From Escherichia coli (GTDB lineage: Bacteria; Pseudomonadota; Gammaproteobacteria; Enterobacterales; Enterobacteriaceae): a stretch of 64,000 nt of DNA. The position numbers and the translations under genes are program-made. Within the stretch, counting starts at the first letter, position 1. Each line of letters begins with the position of its first letter. The stretch lies in assembly GCF_044324875.1 (NCBI RefSeq), contig NZ_CP172185.1. The stretch is one strand, 5' to 3'. Shown here one piece after another: positions 44,323 to 56,544 of this stretch. The notes beneath the pieces were generated by a model that was not told where the DNA came from, did no database searches, and was given only the letters and a program-made list of their open reading frames with translations.

Positions 44323-45348
44323 TTGAGTTTGATAATCTCACTTACCTCCACGGTAAACCGCAAGGCACCGGGCTGCTGAAAGCCAATCCGGAAGACTTTG
44401 TGGTGGTGGAAGATTTGGGCTTTGAGCCTGATGGTGAAGGTGAGCATATTCTGGTTAGAATCCTCAAAAACGGCTGCAATACCCGTTTTGTGGCGGATGC
44501 ACTGGCGAAATTCCTGAAAATTCATGCCCGTGAAGTCAGCTTCGCTGGGCAAAAAGACAAACATGCTGTTACGGAACAGTGGTTATGCGCTCGCGTGCCG
44601 GGCAAGGAAATGCCCGATCTGAGCGCCTTTCAACTGGAAGGCTGCCAGGTGCTGGAGTATGCGCGGCACAAGCGCAAGCTGCGTTTAGGCGCGCTGAAAG
44701 GTAACGCCTTTACCCTGGTTCTGCGCGAAGTGAGCAATCGCGATGACGTTGAACAACGTCTGATCGATATTTGCGTAAAAGGCGTGCCTAACTATTTTGG
44801 TGCCCAACGTTTTGGGATTGGCGGTAGCAACTTGCAGGGCGCGCTGCGCTGGGCGCAAACCAATACTCCGGTGCGCGATCGCAATAAACGGAGTTTTTGG
44901 TTGTCGGCAGCCCGCAGTGCGTTGTTTAATCAGATTGTTGCTGAGCGCCTCAAAAAAGCAGACGTTAATCAAGTTGTTGACGGCGATGCGCTACAATTAG
45001 CCGGACGTGGTAGCTGGTTTGTCGCAACCACCGAAGAACTGGCGGAATTACAGCGTCGCGTCAACGATAAAGAGCTGATGATAACCGCCGCATTGCCGGG
45101 CAGTGGCGAATGGGGAACTCAGCGTGAAGCGTTGGCATTCGAACAAGCAGCTGTCGCCGCAGAAACTGAATTACAAGCCTTACTGGTGCGCGAAAAAGTT
45201 GAAGCCGCGCGCAGAGCGATGCTGCTGTATCCGCAACAATTAAGCTGGAACTGGTGGGATGACGTCACCGTAGAAATCCGTTTCTGGCTTCCGGCGGGTA
45301 GTTTTGCAACCAGCGTTGTCAGGGAACTTATCAACACAACAGGTGATT

Positions 45349-45368
<20 letters not shown>
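44319..45368 (+). CDS. truD: tRNA pseudouridine(13) synthase
   Basis: 349 aa; start overlaps ispF stop. Confidence 0.93.
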
Positions 45369-46730
<1,362 letters not shown>

Positions 46731-46869
46731 AACGTGAGGAAATACCTGGATTTTTCCTGGTTATTTTGCCGCAGGTCAGCGTATCGTGAACATCTTTTCC
46801 AGTGTTCAGTATGGTGCCTTGCACGGTAATTATGTCACTGGTTATTAACCAATTTTTCCTGGGGGATAA

Positions 46870-48009
46870 ATGAGCGCGGGAAGCCCAAAATTCACCGTTC
46901 GCCGCATTGCGGCTTTGTCACTGGTTTCGCTATGGCTGGCAGGCTGTTCTGACACTTCAAATCCACCGGCACCGGTCAGCTCCGTTAATGGCAATGCGCC
47001 TGCAAATACCAATTCTGGTATGTTGATTACGCCGCCGCCGAAAATGGGAACGACGTCTACAGCGCAGCAACCGCAAATTCAGCCGGTACAGCAGCCACAA
47101 ATTCAGGCTACTCAACAACCGCAAATCCAGCCAGTACAGCCAGTAGCTCAGCAGCCGGTACAGATGGAAAACGGACGCATCGTCTATAACCGTCAGTATG
47201 GGAACATTCCGAAAGGCAGTTATAGCGGCAGTACCTATACCGTGAAAAAAGGCGACACACTTTTCTATATCGCCTGGATTACTGGCAACGATTTCCGTGA
47301 CCTTGCTCAGCGCAACAATATTCAGGCACCATACGCGCTGAACGTCGGTCAGACCTTACAGGTGGGTAATGCTTCCGGTACGCCAATCACTGGCGGAAAT
47401 GCCATTACCCAGGCCGACGCAGCAGAGCAAGGAGTTGTGATCAAGCCTGCACAAAATTCCACCGTTGCTGTTGCGTCGCAACCGACAATTACGTATTCTG
47501 AGTCTTCGGGTGAACAGAGTGCTAACAAAATGTTGCCGAACAACAAGCCAACTGCGACCACGGTCACAGCGCCTGTAACGGTACCAACAGCAAGCACAAC
47601 CGAGCCGACTGTCAGCAGTACATCAACCAGTACGCCTATCTCCACCTGGCGCTGGCCGACTGAGGGCAAAGTGATCGAAACCTTTGGCGCTTCTGAGGGG
47701 GGCAACAAGGGGATTGATATCGCAGGCAGCAAAGGACAGGCAATTATCGCGACCGCAGATGGCCGCGTTGTTTATGCCGGTAACGCGCTGCGCGGCTACG
47801 GTAATCTGATTATCATCAAACATAATGATGATTACCTGAGTGCCTACGCCCATAACGACACAATGCTGGTCCGGGAACAACAAGAAGTGAAGGCGGGGCA
47901 AAAAATAGCAACCATGGGTAGCACCGGAACCAGTTCAACACGCTTGCATTTTGAAATTCGTTACAAGGGGAAATCCGTAAACCCGCTGCGTTATTTACCG
48001 CAGCGATAA
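46870..48009 (+). CDS. nlpD: Murein hydrolase activator lipoprotein NlpD (LysM + degenerate M23)
   Basis: 379 aa; lipobox LAGCS; Gln/Pro-rich repeats; C-terminal M23-like domain; the rpoS promoter is known to lie within this gene (established knowledge, not resolved here). Confidence 0.95.
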   Translation: MSAGSPKFTVRRIAALSLVSLWLAGCSDTSNPPAPVSSVNGNAPANTNSGMLITPPPKMGTTSTAQQPQIQPVQQPQIQATQQPQIQPVQPVAQQPVQMENGRIVYNRQYGNIPKGSYSGSTYTVKKGDTLFYIAWITGNDFRDLAQRNNIQAPYALNVGQTLQVGNASGTPITGGNAITQADAAEQGVVIKPAQNSTVAVASQPTITYSESSGEQSANKMLPNNKPTATTVTAPVTVPTASTTEPTVSSTSTSTPISTWRWPTEGKVIETFGASEGGNKGIDIAGSKGQAIIATADGRVVYAGNALRGYGNLIIIKHNDDYLSAYAHNDTMLVREQQEVKAGQKIATMGSTGTSSTRLHFEIRYKGKSVNPLRYLPQR

Positions 48010-48071
48010 TTCGGCGGAACCAGGCTTTTGCTTGCTAGTTCCGTCAAGGGATCACGGGTAGGAGCCACCTT

Positions 48072-49064
48072 ATGAGTCAGAATACGCTGAAAGTTCATGA
48101 TTTAAATGAAGACGCGGAATTTGATGAGAACGGAGTTGAGGTTTTTGACGAGAAAGCCTTAGTTGAAGAGGAACCCAGTGATAACGATTTGGCTGAAGAG
48201 GAGCTGTTATCGCAAGGGGCCACACAGCGTGTGTTGGACGCGACTCAGCTTTACCTTGGTGAGATTGGTTATTCGCCACTGTTAACGGCCGAAGAAGAAG
48301 TTTATTTCGCGCGTCGCGCACTGCGTGGAGATGTCGCTTCACGTCGCCGGATGATTGAAAGTAACCTGCGTCTGGTCGTGAAGATTGCCCGCCGTTATGG
48401 CAATCGTGGTCTGGCGCTGTTGGACCTGATCGAAGAGGGCAACCTGGGGCTGATCCGCGCGGTAGAGAAGTTTGACCCGGAACGTGGTTTCCGCTTCTCA
48501 ACATACGCAACCTGGTGGATCCGCCAGACGATCGAACGGGCGATTATGAACCAAACCCGTACTATTCGTTTGCCGATTCACATCGTAAAGGAGCTGAACG
48601 TTTACCTGCGAACCGCACGCGAGTTGTCCCATAAACTGGACCACGAACCAAGTGCGGAAGAGATCGCAGAGCAACTGGATAAGCCAGTTGATGACGTCAG
48701 CCGTATGCTTCGTCTTAACGAGCGCATTACCTCGGTAGACACCCCGCTGGGTGGTGATTCCGAAAAAGCGTTGCTGGACATCCTGGCCGATGAAAAAGAG
48801 AACGGTCCGGAAGATACCACGCAAGATGACGATATGAAGCAGAGCATCGTCAAATGGCTGTTCGAGCTGAACGCCAAACAGCGTGAAGTGCTGGCACGTC
48901 GATTCGGTTTGCTGGGGTACGAAGCGGCAACACTGGAAGATGTAGGTCGTGAAATTGGCCTCACCCGTGAACGTGTTCGCCAGATTCAGGTTGAAGGCCT
49001 GCGCCGTTTGCGCGAAATCCTGCAAACGCAGGGGCTGAATATCGAAGCGCTGTTCCGCGAGTAA
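48072..49064 (+). CDS. rpoS: RNA polymerase sigma factor RpoS
   Basis: 330 aa; sigma-70 family regions 2-4. Confidence 0.97.
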   Translation: MSQNTLKVHDLNEDAEFDENGVEVFDEKALVEEEPSDNDLAEEELLSQGATQRVLDATQLYLGEIGYSPLLTAEEEVYFARRALRGDVASRRRMIESNLRLVVKIARRYGNRGLALLDLIEEGNLGLIRAVEKFDPERGFRFSTYATWWIRQTIERAIMNQTRTIRLPIHIVKELNVYLRTARELSHKLDHEPSAEEIAEQLDKPVDDVSRMLRLNERITSVDTPLGGDSEKALLDILADEKENGPEDTTQDDDMKQSIVKWLFELNAKQREVLARRFGLLGYEAATLEDVGREIGLTRERVRQIQVEGLRRLREILQTQGLNIEALFRE

Positions 49065-49080
49065 GTAAGCATCTGTCAGA

Positions 49081-49116
49081 AAGGCCAGTCTCAAGCGAGG
49101 CTGGCCTTTTTCTTTT
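49081..49116. terminator. Rho-independent terminator after rpoS (AAGGCCAG..CTGGCCTT hairpin + TTTTTCTTTT)
   Basis: Inverted repeat and T-run read directly; lies between convergent rpoS and the MarR-like gene. Confidence 0.75.
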
Positions 49117-49184
49117 GTTTGGGAAGTCGGTGTGTTTTGTCGCCTGGATAAGACTCGTCAGCGTCCTACCCGGCAATCAGCATC

Positions 49185-49592
49185 CTATTTGCTCATCATC
49201 TTGCGCACCAGCTGCATAAACAGCTCCTGCTCTTCTCCACTCAAACGCCCCAAAAATTCCGCATCCACACTGTCACCAATCGGTATCGCCGCAGCAAGTA
49301 CCTTTTCTCCTTCGGCAGTCAGCCAGACAAAGCGTCGCCGCTTGTCAGCGGCGTCATGTTCACGTCTGACTAAGCCACGATTTTCCATTCTTGCCAACAT
49401 TTCTGCCAGCGTTGCTTTGGTGCTGACTGCTGCTTCTATCAGTGCCGCCTGTTCGATACTAGGCTTATCAGCAATGGCGCGCATCACCGCGTACTGTGGT
49501 TTGGTGAGGTCAGGTAACTCGTGCTGCCAGCGAGCCGTGTGCTGCTGAAAAAGCTGTCGTAACTGATGGAACGCTTTATTTCGTAACGCCAT
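49185..49592 (-). CDS. MarR/SlyA-family transcriptional regulator
   Basis: ORF 49185..49625; probable start ATG 49592 (MALRNKAFHQL, GGAG 8 nt upstream), alternative 49625; winged-HTH core. Confidence 0.8.
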   Translation of the reverse strand: MALRNKAFHQLRQLFQQHTARWQHELPDLTKPQYAVMRAIADKPSIEQAALIEAAVSTKATLAEMLARMENRGLVRREHDAADKRRRFVWLTAEGEKVLAAAIPIGDSVDAEFLGRLSGEEQELFMQLVRKMMSK

Positions 49593-49707
49593 GTAAACTC
49601 CGGGCAAACTATCTGCCGCTATCATAGCGGTTTTTCAGTGACGAAGAAGATGTTGTTACTTTTCAGTGCTTGCCGCGATGAAAACAGAGGCGTATTTTAA
49701 TAATAAC

Positions 49708-49721
49708 GTTCGTATACGAAC
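49708..49721. promoter_or_regulatory. Perfect 14-bp palindrome GTTCGTATACGAAC, candidate operator of the MarR-like regulator
   Basis: Read directly 18 bp upstream of the UbiX-like gene start, in the divergent intergenic region. Confidence 0.45.
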
Positions 49722-49738
49722 AATTAAGAGAATAAACA

Positions 49739-50332
49739 ATGAGACTGATCGTCGGGATGACAGGGGCTACCGGTGCGCCTCTTGGGGTGGCATTACTGCA
49801 AGCGCTGCGGGAGATGCCGAATGTCGAGACTCATCTGGTGATGTCGAAGTGGGCGAAAACCACCATTGAACTGGAAACGCCTTACAGCGCTCGCGATGTT
49901 GCTGCCCTCGCAGACTTCAGTCATAACCCGGCGGATCAGGCGGCGACCATCTCCTCAGGTTCCTTTCGTACCGACGGCATGATCGTTATTCCGTGCAGTA
50001 TGAAAACGCTCGCCGGTATCCGTGCCGGTTACGCCGATGGCCTGGTAGGGCGCGCGGCGGACGTCGTGCTCAAAGAAGGCCGCAAACTAGTGCTGGTGCC
50101 GCGTGAAATGCCGCTTAGCACCATCCATCTCGAAAATATGCTCGCACTTTCACGCATGGGCGTGGCGATGGTGCCGCCGATGCCTGCCTTTTATAACCAT
50201 CCCGAAACGGTAGATGACATTGTCCACCACGTGGTAGCCCGCGTGCTGGATCAATTTGGCCTCGAACATCCTCACGCCAGGCGCTGGCAAGGATTGCCGC
50301 AGGCCCGGAATTTTTCTCAGGAGAATGAATAA
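49739..50332 (+). CDS. UbiX/Pad1-family flavin prenyltransferase (decarboxylase B subunit)
   Basis: 197 aa; MRLIVGMTGATGAP flavoprotein N-terminus. Confidence 0.88.
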   Translation: MRLIVGMTGATGAPLGVALLQALREMPNVETHLVMSKWAKTTIELETPYSARDVAALADFSHNPADQAATISSGSFRTDGMIVIPCSMKTLAGIRAGYADGLVGRAADVVLKEGRKLVLVPREMPLSTIHLENMLALSRMGVAMVPPMPAFYNHPETVDDIVHHVVARVLDQFGLEHPHARRWQGLPQARNFSQENE

Positions 50333-51759
50333 TGGCATTTGATGATTTACGCAGCTTTTTACAGGCGCTTGATGACCACGGCCAGTTACTGAAAATCAGC
50401 GAAGAGGTGAACGCGGAACCGGATCTGGCAGCCGCTGCCAACGCCACCGGACGTATCGGCGATGGTGCACCGGCGCTGTGGTTTGACAATATTCGCGGCT
50501 TTATCGATGCCCGCGTTGCAATGAACACCATCGGTTCCTGGCAGAACCACGCGATTTCCCTCGGCCTGCCGCCAAACACCCCGGTTAAAAAACAGATTGA
50601 TGAGTTTATCCGCCGCTGGGATAACTTCCCCATTGCCCCGGAGCGCCGCGCCAATCCAGCCTGGGCGCAGAACACCGTCGATGGCGACGAGATCAATTTG
50701 TTCGATATCCTGCCACTGTTTCGTTTAAACGACGGTGATGGCGGTTTCTATCTCGACAAAGCCTGCGTAGTTTCCCGCGATCCGCTCGACCCGGATAACT
50801 TCGGCAAGCAGAACGTCGGCATCTACCGCATGGAAGTGAAGGGCAAGCGTAAGCTCGGCCTGCAACCGGTGCCGATGCACGATATCGCTCTGCATCTGCA
50901 TAAAGCGGAAGAACGCGGTGAAGATCTGCCGATTGCGATCACACTCGGTAACGATCCGATCATCACCCTGATGGGGGCCACGCCGCTGAAATACGATCAG
51001 TCTGAGTACGAAATGGCGGGCGCGCTGCGCGAAAGCCCGTACCCGATCGCCACCGCCCCGCTGACCGGTTTTGATGTGCCGTGGGGTTCAGAAGTGATCC
51101 TCGAAGGGGTCATCGAAAGCCGTAAACGCGAAATCGAAGGGCCGTTCGGTGAGTTTACCGGCCACTACTCCGGCGGGCGTAACATGACCGTGGTGCGTAT
51201 CGATAAAGTCTCTTACCGTACCAAACCGATTTTCGAATCGCTCTATCTTGGTATGCCGTGGACCGAAATCGACTACCTGATGGGGCCTGCCACCTGCGTG
51301 CCGCTGTATCAGCAACTGAAAGCCGAGTTCCCGGAAGTGCAGGCGGTAAACGCCATGTACACCCACGGCCTGTTGGCGATTATCTCCACCAAAAAACGCT
51401 ACGGTGGCTTTGCCCGCGCGGTGGGCCTGCGTGCGATGACCACGCCGCACGGTCTGGGCTACGTGAAGATGGTGATTATGGTCGATGAAGACGTTGATCC
51501 GTTCAACCTGCCGCAGGTGATGTGGGCGCTCTCTTCGAAAGTGAACCCGGCAGGGGATTTGGTGCAGTTGCCGAATATGTCCGTGCTGGAACTCGACCCC
51601 GGCTCAAGCCCGGCCGGTATCACCGACAAGCTGATTATCGACGCTACCACGCCTGTCGCCCCGGACAACCGTGGTCACTACAGCCAGCCGGTGGTGGATT
51701 TACCGGAAACCAAAGCCTGGGCTGAAAAACTGACCGCTATGCTGGCCGCACGTCAATAA
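50332..51759 (+). CDS. UbiD-family (de)carboxylase (C subunit)
   Basis: 475 aa; start overlaps upstream stop (TAATG). Confidence 0.88.
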   Translation: MAFDDLRSFLQALDDHGQLLKISEEVNAEPDLAAAANATGRIGDGAPALWFDNIRGFIDARVAMNTIGSWQNHAISLGLPPNTPVKKQIDEFIRRWDNFPIAPERRANPAWAQNTVDGDEINLFDILPLFRLNDGDGGFYLDKACVVSRDPLDPDNFGKQNVGIYRMEVKGKRKLGLQPVPMHDIALHLHKAEERGEDLPIAITLGNDPIITLMGATPLKYDQSEYEMAGALRESPYPIATAPLTGFDVPWGSEVILEGVIESRKREIEGPFGEFTGHYSGGRNMTVVRIDKVSYRTKPIFESLYLGMPWTEIDYLMGPATCVPLYQQLKAEFPEVQAVNAMYTHGLLAIISTKKRYGGFARAVGLRAMTTPHGLGYVKMVIMVDEDVDPFNLPQVMWALSSKVNPAGDLVQLPNMSVLELDPGSSPAGITDKLIIDATTPVAPDNRGHYSQPVVDLPETKAWAEKLTAMLAARQ

Positions 51760-51769
51760 GGAGAACAAG

Positions 51770-52006
51770 ATGATTTGTCCACGTTGTGCTGATGAACAGA
51801 TTGAAGTGATGGCGAAATCGCCGGTAAAAGATGTCTGGACGGTCTACCAGTGCCAGCATTGCCTCTATACCTAGCGCGATACCGAACCGCTACGTCGCAC
51901 CAGCCGCGAACATTATCCCGAAGCGTTCCGCATGACGCAGAAAGATATTGATGACGCGCCGATGGTGCCGAGCATCCCGCCGCTGCTGGCGGCAGATAAG
52001 CGTTAA
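51770..52006 (+). pseudogene. Decarboxylase small (D) subunit-like ORF interrupted by in-frame amber codon
   Basis: ATG 51770 (SD GGAGAA upstream) opens a 78-codon frame MICPRCADEQ..CLYT * RDTEPLRRTSREHYPEAF..LLAADKR with TAG at 51872..51874; Cys-x2-Cys..Cys-x2-Cys zinc-ribbon pattern. Confidence 0.55.
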
Positions 52007-52015
52007 ATAAAAAAT

Positions 52016-52043
52016 GCCGGGTAGAGGCTTTGCTTTACCCGGC
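52016..52043. terminator. Bidirectional terminator hairpin (GCCGGGTA..TACCCGGC) between decarboxylase module and pphB
   Basis: Inverted repeat with A6 upstream (U-run for the minus-strand transcript) and T-rich downstream. Confidence 0.6.
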
Positions 52044-52047
52044 CTCA

Positions 52048-52704
52048 TTACTTTATTTTATAAAATGACAGCCGCCCGCTTTTCGGCGATCCGGTATCAA
52101 TATAAACCTGATTGGCAAATGTCTGGATATTTGTAAACATCATATGCCCGAAGATAAAACAGTCGGCACCGTTTATTTCTTTTAACTCGCCTTTGAGTGA
52201 TTTCTGCACGCGATCAACAGGCCAGAGTACCTCTCTTTCCGCTACTTCCTTGCCAAACTGATATTCATCACCCGGATAATCTGCATGTGCGATAACATAT
52301 TTTATAATATCGTTGGTGATTTCTATAATATGCGGAAGATGATGAAAGCGAAGCAACAGGTCTATTGCTTCTTTTTGTTCTGAATCATTTAACTCAAAGA
52401 ACCAGTCACCGCCACTGGCAAGCCACATATTGCCATCGCCAGTCGCGAAGGCATCAAGCGCCATTGCCTCGTGGTTGCCTTTAACCGATGTAAACCAGGG
52501 CTGGTTTAACAGGCGTAGCACGTTAAGACTATCCGGCCCACGATCAATATTATCGCCTACGGAAATAAGTAAGTCAGTTTCGGGGCAAAAAGAGAGTTGG
52601 TGTAAGCGGGATTGTAATAATTGATAATCGCCATGAATATCACCAACGGCCCATATATGGCGATAATTAAATGATTCTATTTTGTGATAGCGAATAGATG
52701 GCAT
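52048..52704 (-). CDS. pphB: Serine/threonine protein phosphatase 2
   Basis: ORF 52048..52716; start set at MPSIRYHK; metallophosphatase motifs GDIHG, GDNIDRG, GNHE. Confidence 0.88.
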   Translation of the reverse strand: MPSIRYHKIESFNYRHIWAVGDIHGDYQLLQSRLHQLSFCPETDLLISVGDNIDRGPDSLNVLRLLNQPWFTSVKGNHEAMALDAFATGDGNMWLASGGDWFFELNDSEQKEAIDLLLRFHHLPHIIEITNDIIKYVIAHADYPGDEYQFGKEVAEREVLWPVDRVQKSLKGELKEINGADCFIFGHMMFTNIQTFANQVYIDTGSPKSGRLSFYKIK

Positions 52705-52728
52705 TAATTTGAGCATTTTGGTTTGGAG

Positions 52729-53592
52729 TTAGTCTATTTTTTTTGAAATAATGGCGTTGATCTGTTTATCAGTAAATTGACCTTGGGCTTTGGCTTTATT
52801 TAACCAGAGCAACGCTTCTTCTTTATTTATGCCATTTCCATCAAGCCCCCAGGCATAAATTTGTCCTAAAGTAATTTGTGCAATAGGTAAGTTTTGAGTA
52901 GCAGCTTTCTCAAACCAGTATTTAGCCTGTCGTATATCTTTGGGAACGCCCTGACCATTAAAAAAAAGTGTCCCATAATTATATTGGCCGAGTCGCTGAC
53001 CCTTTTCTGCCGCTATTTTTAAGTGAGGGATAGCTTCAGCATACTTATTCTCTTGAATTCCGATAATCCCTAAGTTTGCATGTGCAATAGGATTGTCCTT
53101 CTGTACTGCTTTCTGAAGCCAATACTTGGCTTTGTTAATGTTTTGGAATTCCTGTGGGCCAAATTGATAAATATTCGCACAGTTTATTTGAGCTTGTTCA
53201 TTCCCTTTTTCTGCCGCTTTCTCATACCAGTATATCGCAATACGATAGTTAGGCCCCGTATTATCATATCCGTAATGATAAATCTGTCCTAAGTAAAATT
53301 CAGCTTCATCATAATTTTGCTTTGCTGCAAGGTTGAGCCAATAAAATGCTTTGTTTATATCCTTCACTGAAGGACTTTCAGATAGACCATTCAGGTATAT
53401 GAGTCCCATCACCGTTTGTGAGGCTTTATCGCCATGTTGAGCCTTGGCAATGATATCCTGCAGTTTATTTCGTGATTCCTTCGTAATATTATTTAATACT
53501 TGCTCGGGAATATCAAAATGTGAAGGGGTATCTTCGGCGCCTATTGCAGTGGCGCTAATTATTAAAATTATTGATGCAATCGTTATTCTCAT
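52729..53592 (-). CDS. Sel1-repeat (TPR-like) secreted protein
   Basis: 287 aa; signal peptide; repeated Sel1-like units (LGxxYxxG..A..WYxKAA); gene is visibly AT-rich. Confidence 0.75.
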   Translation of the reverse strand: MRITIASIILIISATAIGAEDTPSHFDIPEQVLNNITKESRNKLQDIIAKAQHGDKASQTVMGLIYLNGLSESPSVKDINKAFYWLNLAAKQNYDEAEFYLGQIYHYGYDNTGPNYRIAIYWYEKAAEKGNEQAQINCANIYQFGPQEFQNINKAKYWLQKAVQKDNPIAHANLGIIGIQENKYAEAIPHLKIAAEKGQRLGQYNYGTLFFNGQGVPKDIRQAKYWFEKAATQNLPIAQITLGQIYAWGLDGNGINKEEALLWLNKAKAQGQFTDKQINAIISKKID

Positions 53593-53696
53593 TTTTTTCT
53601 TGAATGTTTTGTTCTTAATAGTGTTTATTTTACTCCTTTTTTATCTATCGGATAAGAGATATATGAGCCCCGAAGTTTAATCGGGGCTCATTAATA

Positions 53697-56258
53697 TTAT
53701 ACCAGACTCTTCAACCGATAAATCCACTCCAGCGCCTGGCGCGGAGTGAGTGAATCCGGGTCGAGATTTTCCAGCGCTTCCACCGCGGGCGAGGTTTCTT
53801 CCGGCACTGAAAGCAGCGACATCTGCGTGCCATCGACCTGTGTCGCGGCGGCATTCGGCGAAATGCTCTCCAGCTCGCGCAGTTTTTGCCGCGCACGCTT
53901 GATCACCTCTTTCGGCACACCTGCCAGTGCAGCAACCGCCAGGCCGTAGCTTTTGCTCGCCGCGCCATCCTGCACGCTGTGCATAAAGGCAATGGTGTCG
54001 CCGTGCTCCAGTGCATCGAGATGCACGTTGGCGACGCCTTCCATTTTCTCCGGTAACTGGGTCAGCTCGAAATAGTGGGTAGCAAACAACGTCAACGCTT
54101 TAATCTTATTCGCCAGATTTTCCGCGCACGCCCACGCCAGCGACAGACCATCGTAAGTGGACGTCCCGCGCCCAATCTCATCCATCAGCACCAGACTGTA
54201 CTCGGTGGCGTTATGCAGAATATTGGCGGTTTCGGTCATCTCCACCATAAAGGTTGAACGCCCGGATGCCAGATCATCCGCTGCTCCTACGCGCGTGAAG
54301 ATACGGTCGATCGGCCCAATCTCGACTTTTTGCGCCGGTACGTAGCTGCCGATATACGCCATCAGCGCAATCAACGCGGTCTGGCGCATATAGGTACTTT
54401 TACCGCCCATATTCGGACCGGTAATGATCAACATGCGACGCTGCGGCGACAGGTTCAGCGGGTTGGCGATAAATGGCTCGTTCAGTACCTGTTCAACCAC
54501 CGGATGGCGGCCTTCGGTGATGCGAATACCCGGTTTATCAATGAAGGTCGGGCAGGTGTAGTTCAGGGTATAGGCCCGTTCCGCCAGGTTCACCAGCACG
54601 TCGAGTTCCGCTAGCGCGCTCGCGCTCTGTTGCAACGCTTCCAGATGCGGCAACAGCAGGTCGAACAACTCTTCATAAAGCTGTTTTTCCAGTGCCAGTG
54701 CTTTGCCTTTTGAAGTGAGAACTTTGTCTTCGTACTCTTTTAGCTCTGGAATAATGTAGCGCTCGGCGTTTTTCAGCGTCTGGCGACGCATGTAATTGAT
54801 GGGTGCCAGATGGCTTTGTCCACGGCTGATCTGAATGTAATAACCATGAACCGCGTTAAAGCCGACTTTCAGCGTGTCCAGGCCAGTACGTTCACGCTCG
54901 CGGACTTCCAGACGCTCCAGATAATCGGTCGCGCCGTCAGCCAGCGCGCGCCACTCATCCAGCTCTTCGTTATAGCCCGATGCGATAACACCACCGTCGC
55001 GTACCAGCACTGGCGGTGTTTCGATGATTGCCCGCTCCAGCAGATCGCGCAGCTCGGCAAACTCGCCCATTTTTTCACGCAGCGCCTGTACCGGAGCGCT
55101 ATCGACATTTTCTAATTGCGCACGCAGCTCCGGCAATTGCTGGAAAGCGTGACGCATACGGGCCAGATCGCGCGGGCGAGCAGTTCGTAAAGCCAGACGC
55201 GCCAGAATACGTTCCAGGTCTCCGACCTGACGCAGCACCGGCTGTAGCCCGGCGGTGAAATCCTGCAATGCGCCAATAGTTTGCTGGCGCTCAAGTAACA
55301 CGCGGGTATCGCGCACTGGCATATGCAGCCAGCGTTTCAGCATACGACTACCCATCGGCGTTACAGTGCAGTCGAGCACTGAAGCCAGCGTATTTTCCGC
55401 ACCGCCCGCCAGGTTCTGGGTAATTTCCAGGTTACGACGCGTCGCGGAATCCATAATGATGCTGTCCTGCTCACGTTCCATAGTGATAGAACGAATATGC
55501 GGCAGAGTCGTACGTTGGGTATCTTTCGCATACTGCAACAGACAACCGGCAGCACAAAGTCCGCGCGGCGCGTTCTCGACGCCAAAACCGACCAGATCGC
55601 GGGTGCCAAATTGCAGATTCAACTGCTGGCGCGCGGTGTCGATTTCAAACTCCCACAGCGGACGACGGCGCAGACCGCGACGACCTTCAATCAGCGACAT
55701 CTCAGCAAAATCTTCTGCATATAGCAGTTCCGCCGGATTAGTGCGTTGCAGTTCTGCCGCCATCGTTTCCCGGTCAGCCGGTTCGCTCAGGCGAAAACGA
55801 CCGGAACTGATATCCAGCGTCGCGTAGCCGAAACCTTTACTGTCCTGCCAGATAGCCGCCAGCAGATTGTCCTGGCGCTCTTGTAACAGGGCTTCATCGC
55901 TGATGGTGCCTGGCGTAACGATACGCACAACTTTGCGCTCAACTGGACCTTTGCTGGTCGCCGGATCGCCAATTTGTTCGCAGATGGCAACGGACTCGCC
56001 CTGATTCACCAGTTTGGCGAGGTAGTTTTCCACCGCATGGTAGGGGATCCCCGCCATCGGGATCGGCTCTCCCGCCGAAGCACCGCGTTTGGTCAGTGAA
56101 ATATCCAGCAGTTGCGACGCGCGTTTTGCGTCGTCATAAAACAGTTCATAAAAATCACCCATCCGGTAAAACAGCAGGATCTCGGGATGCTGGGCTTTCA
56201 GCTTGAGATATTGCTGCATCATGGGCGTATGGGCATCGAAATTTTCTATTGCACTCAT
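53697..56258 (-). CDS. mutS: DNA mismatch repair protein MutS
   Basis: 853 aa; Walker [10 protein letters not shown]. Confidence 0.97.
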   Translation of the reverse strand: MSAIENFDAHTPMMQQYLKLKAQHPEILLFYRMGDFYELFYDDAKRASQLLDISLTKRGASAGEPIPMAGIPYHAVENYLAKLVNQGESVAICEQIGDPATSKGPVERKVVRIVTPGTISDEALLQERQDNLLAAIWQDSKGFGYATLDISSGRFRLSEPADRETMAAELQRTNPAELLYAEDFAEMSLIEGRRGLRRRPLWEFEIDTARQQLNLQFGTRDLVGFGVENAPRGLCAAGCLLQYAKDTQRTTLPHIRSITMEREQDSIIMDSATRRNLEITQNLAGGAENTLASVLDCTVTPMGSRMLKRWLHMPVRDTRVLLERQQTIGALQDFTAGLQPVLRQVGDLERILARLALRTARPRDLARMRHAFQQLPELRAQLENVDSAPVQALREKMGEFAELRDLLERAIIETPPVLVRDGGVIASGYNEELDEWRALADGATDYLERLEVRERERTGLDTLKVGFNAVHGYYIQISRGQSHLAPINYMRRQTLKNAERYIIPELKEYEDKVLTSKGKALALEKQLYEELFDLLLPHLEALQQSASALAELDVLVNLAERAYTLNYTCPTFIDKPGIRITEGRHPVVEQVLNEPFIANPLNLSPQRRMLIITGPNMGGKSTYMRQTALIALMAYIGSYVPAQKVEIGPIDRIFTRVGAADDLASGRSTFMVEMTETANILHNATEYSLVLMDEIGRGTSTYDGLSLAWACAENLANKIKALTLFATHYFELTQLPEKMEGVANVHLDALEHGDTIAFMHSVQDGAASKSYGLAVAALAGVPKEVIKRARQKLRELESISPNAAATQVDGTQMSLLSVPEETSPAVEALENLDPDSLTPRQALEWIYRLKSLV

Positions 56259-56504
56259 GGGGTTATGTCCGGTTCCCTGATATTAAATGGGGTGTGATGG
56301 TTTTTATTTTCGTTGTAATCACATAAGGCGCACATGATACCGGAGTTAATCATTTCAGGGGAAGAAGCGAACGGCGAGTTCTTGATGGTGATTCCGGGAA
56401 AGATGCTGTTTTGCAGCTTTTGCGTGATGCTTATGAAGCAAGTACGCAAAATTGTATCGGTTGGCTAACCCTTCTTCTTTAGAGTCATAGTGCCCTTTAA
56501 GATT

Positions 56505-56527
56505 AAGTTGTAATATAAATGCATCTT
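56505..56527. promoter_or_regulatory. Candidate NsrR operator (AAGTTGTAATA-T-AAATGCATCTT) upstream of ygbA
   Basis: Right half matches the NsrR half-site AAATGCATCTT exactly, left half 8/11; 18 bp upstream of the ygbA ATG. Confidence 0.5.
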
Positions 56528-56544
56528 AATGAGATGGAGGCAGC

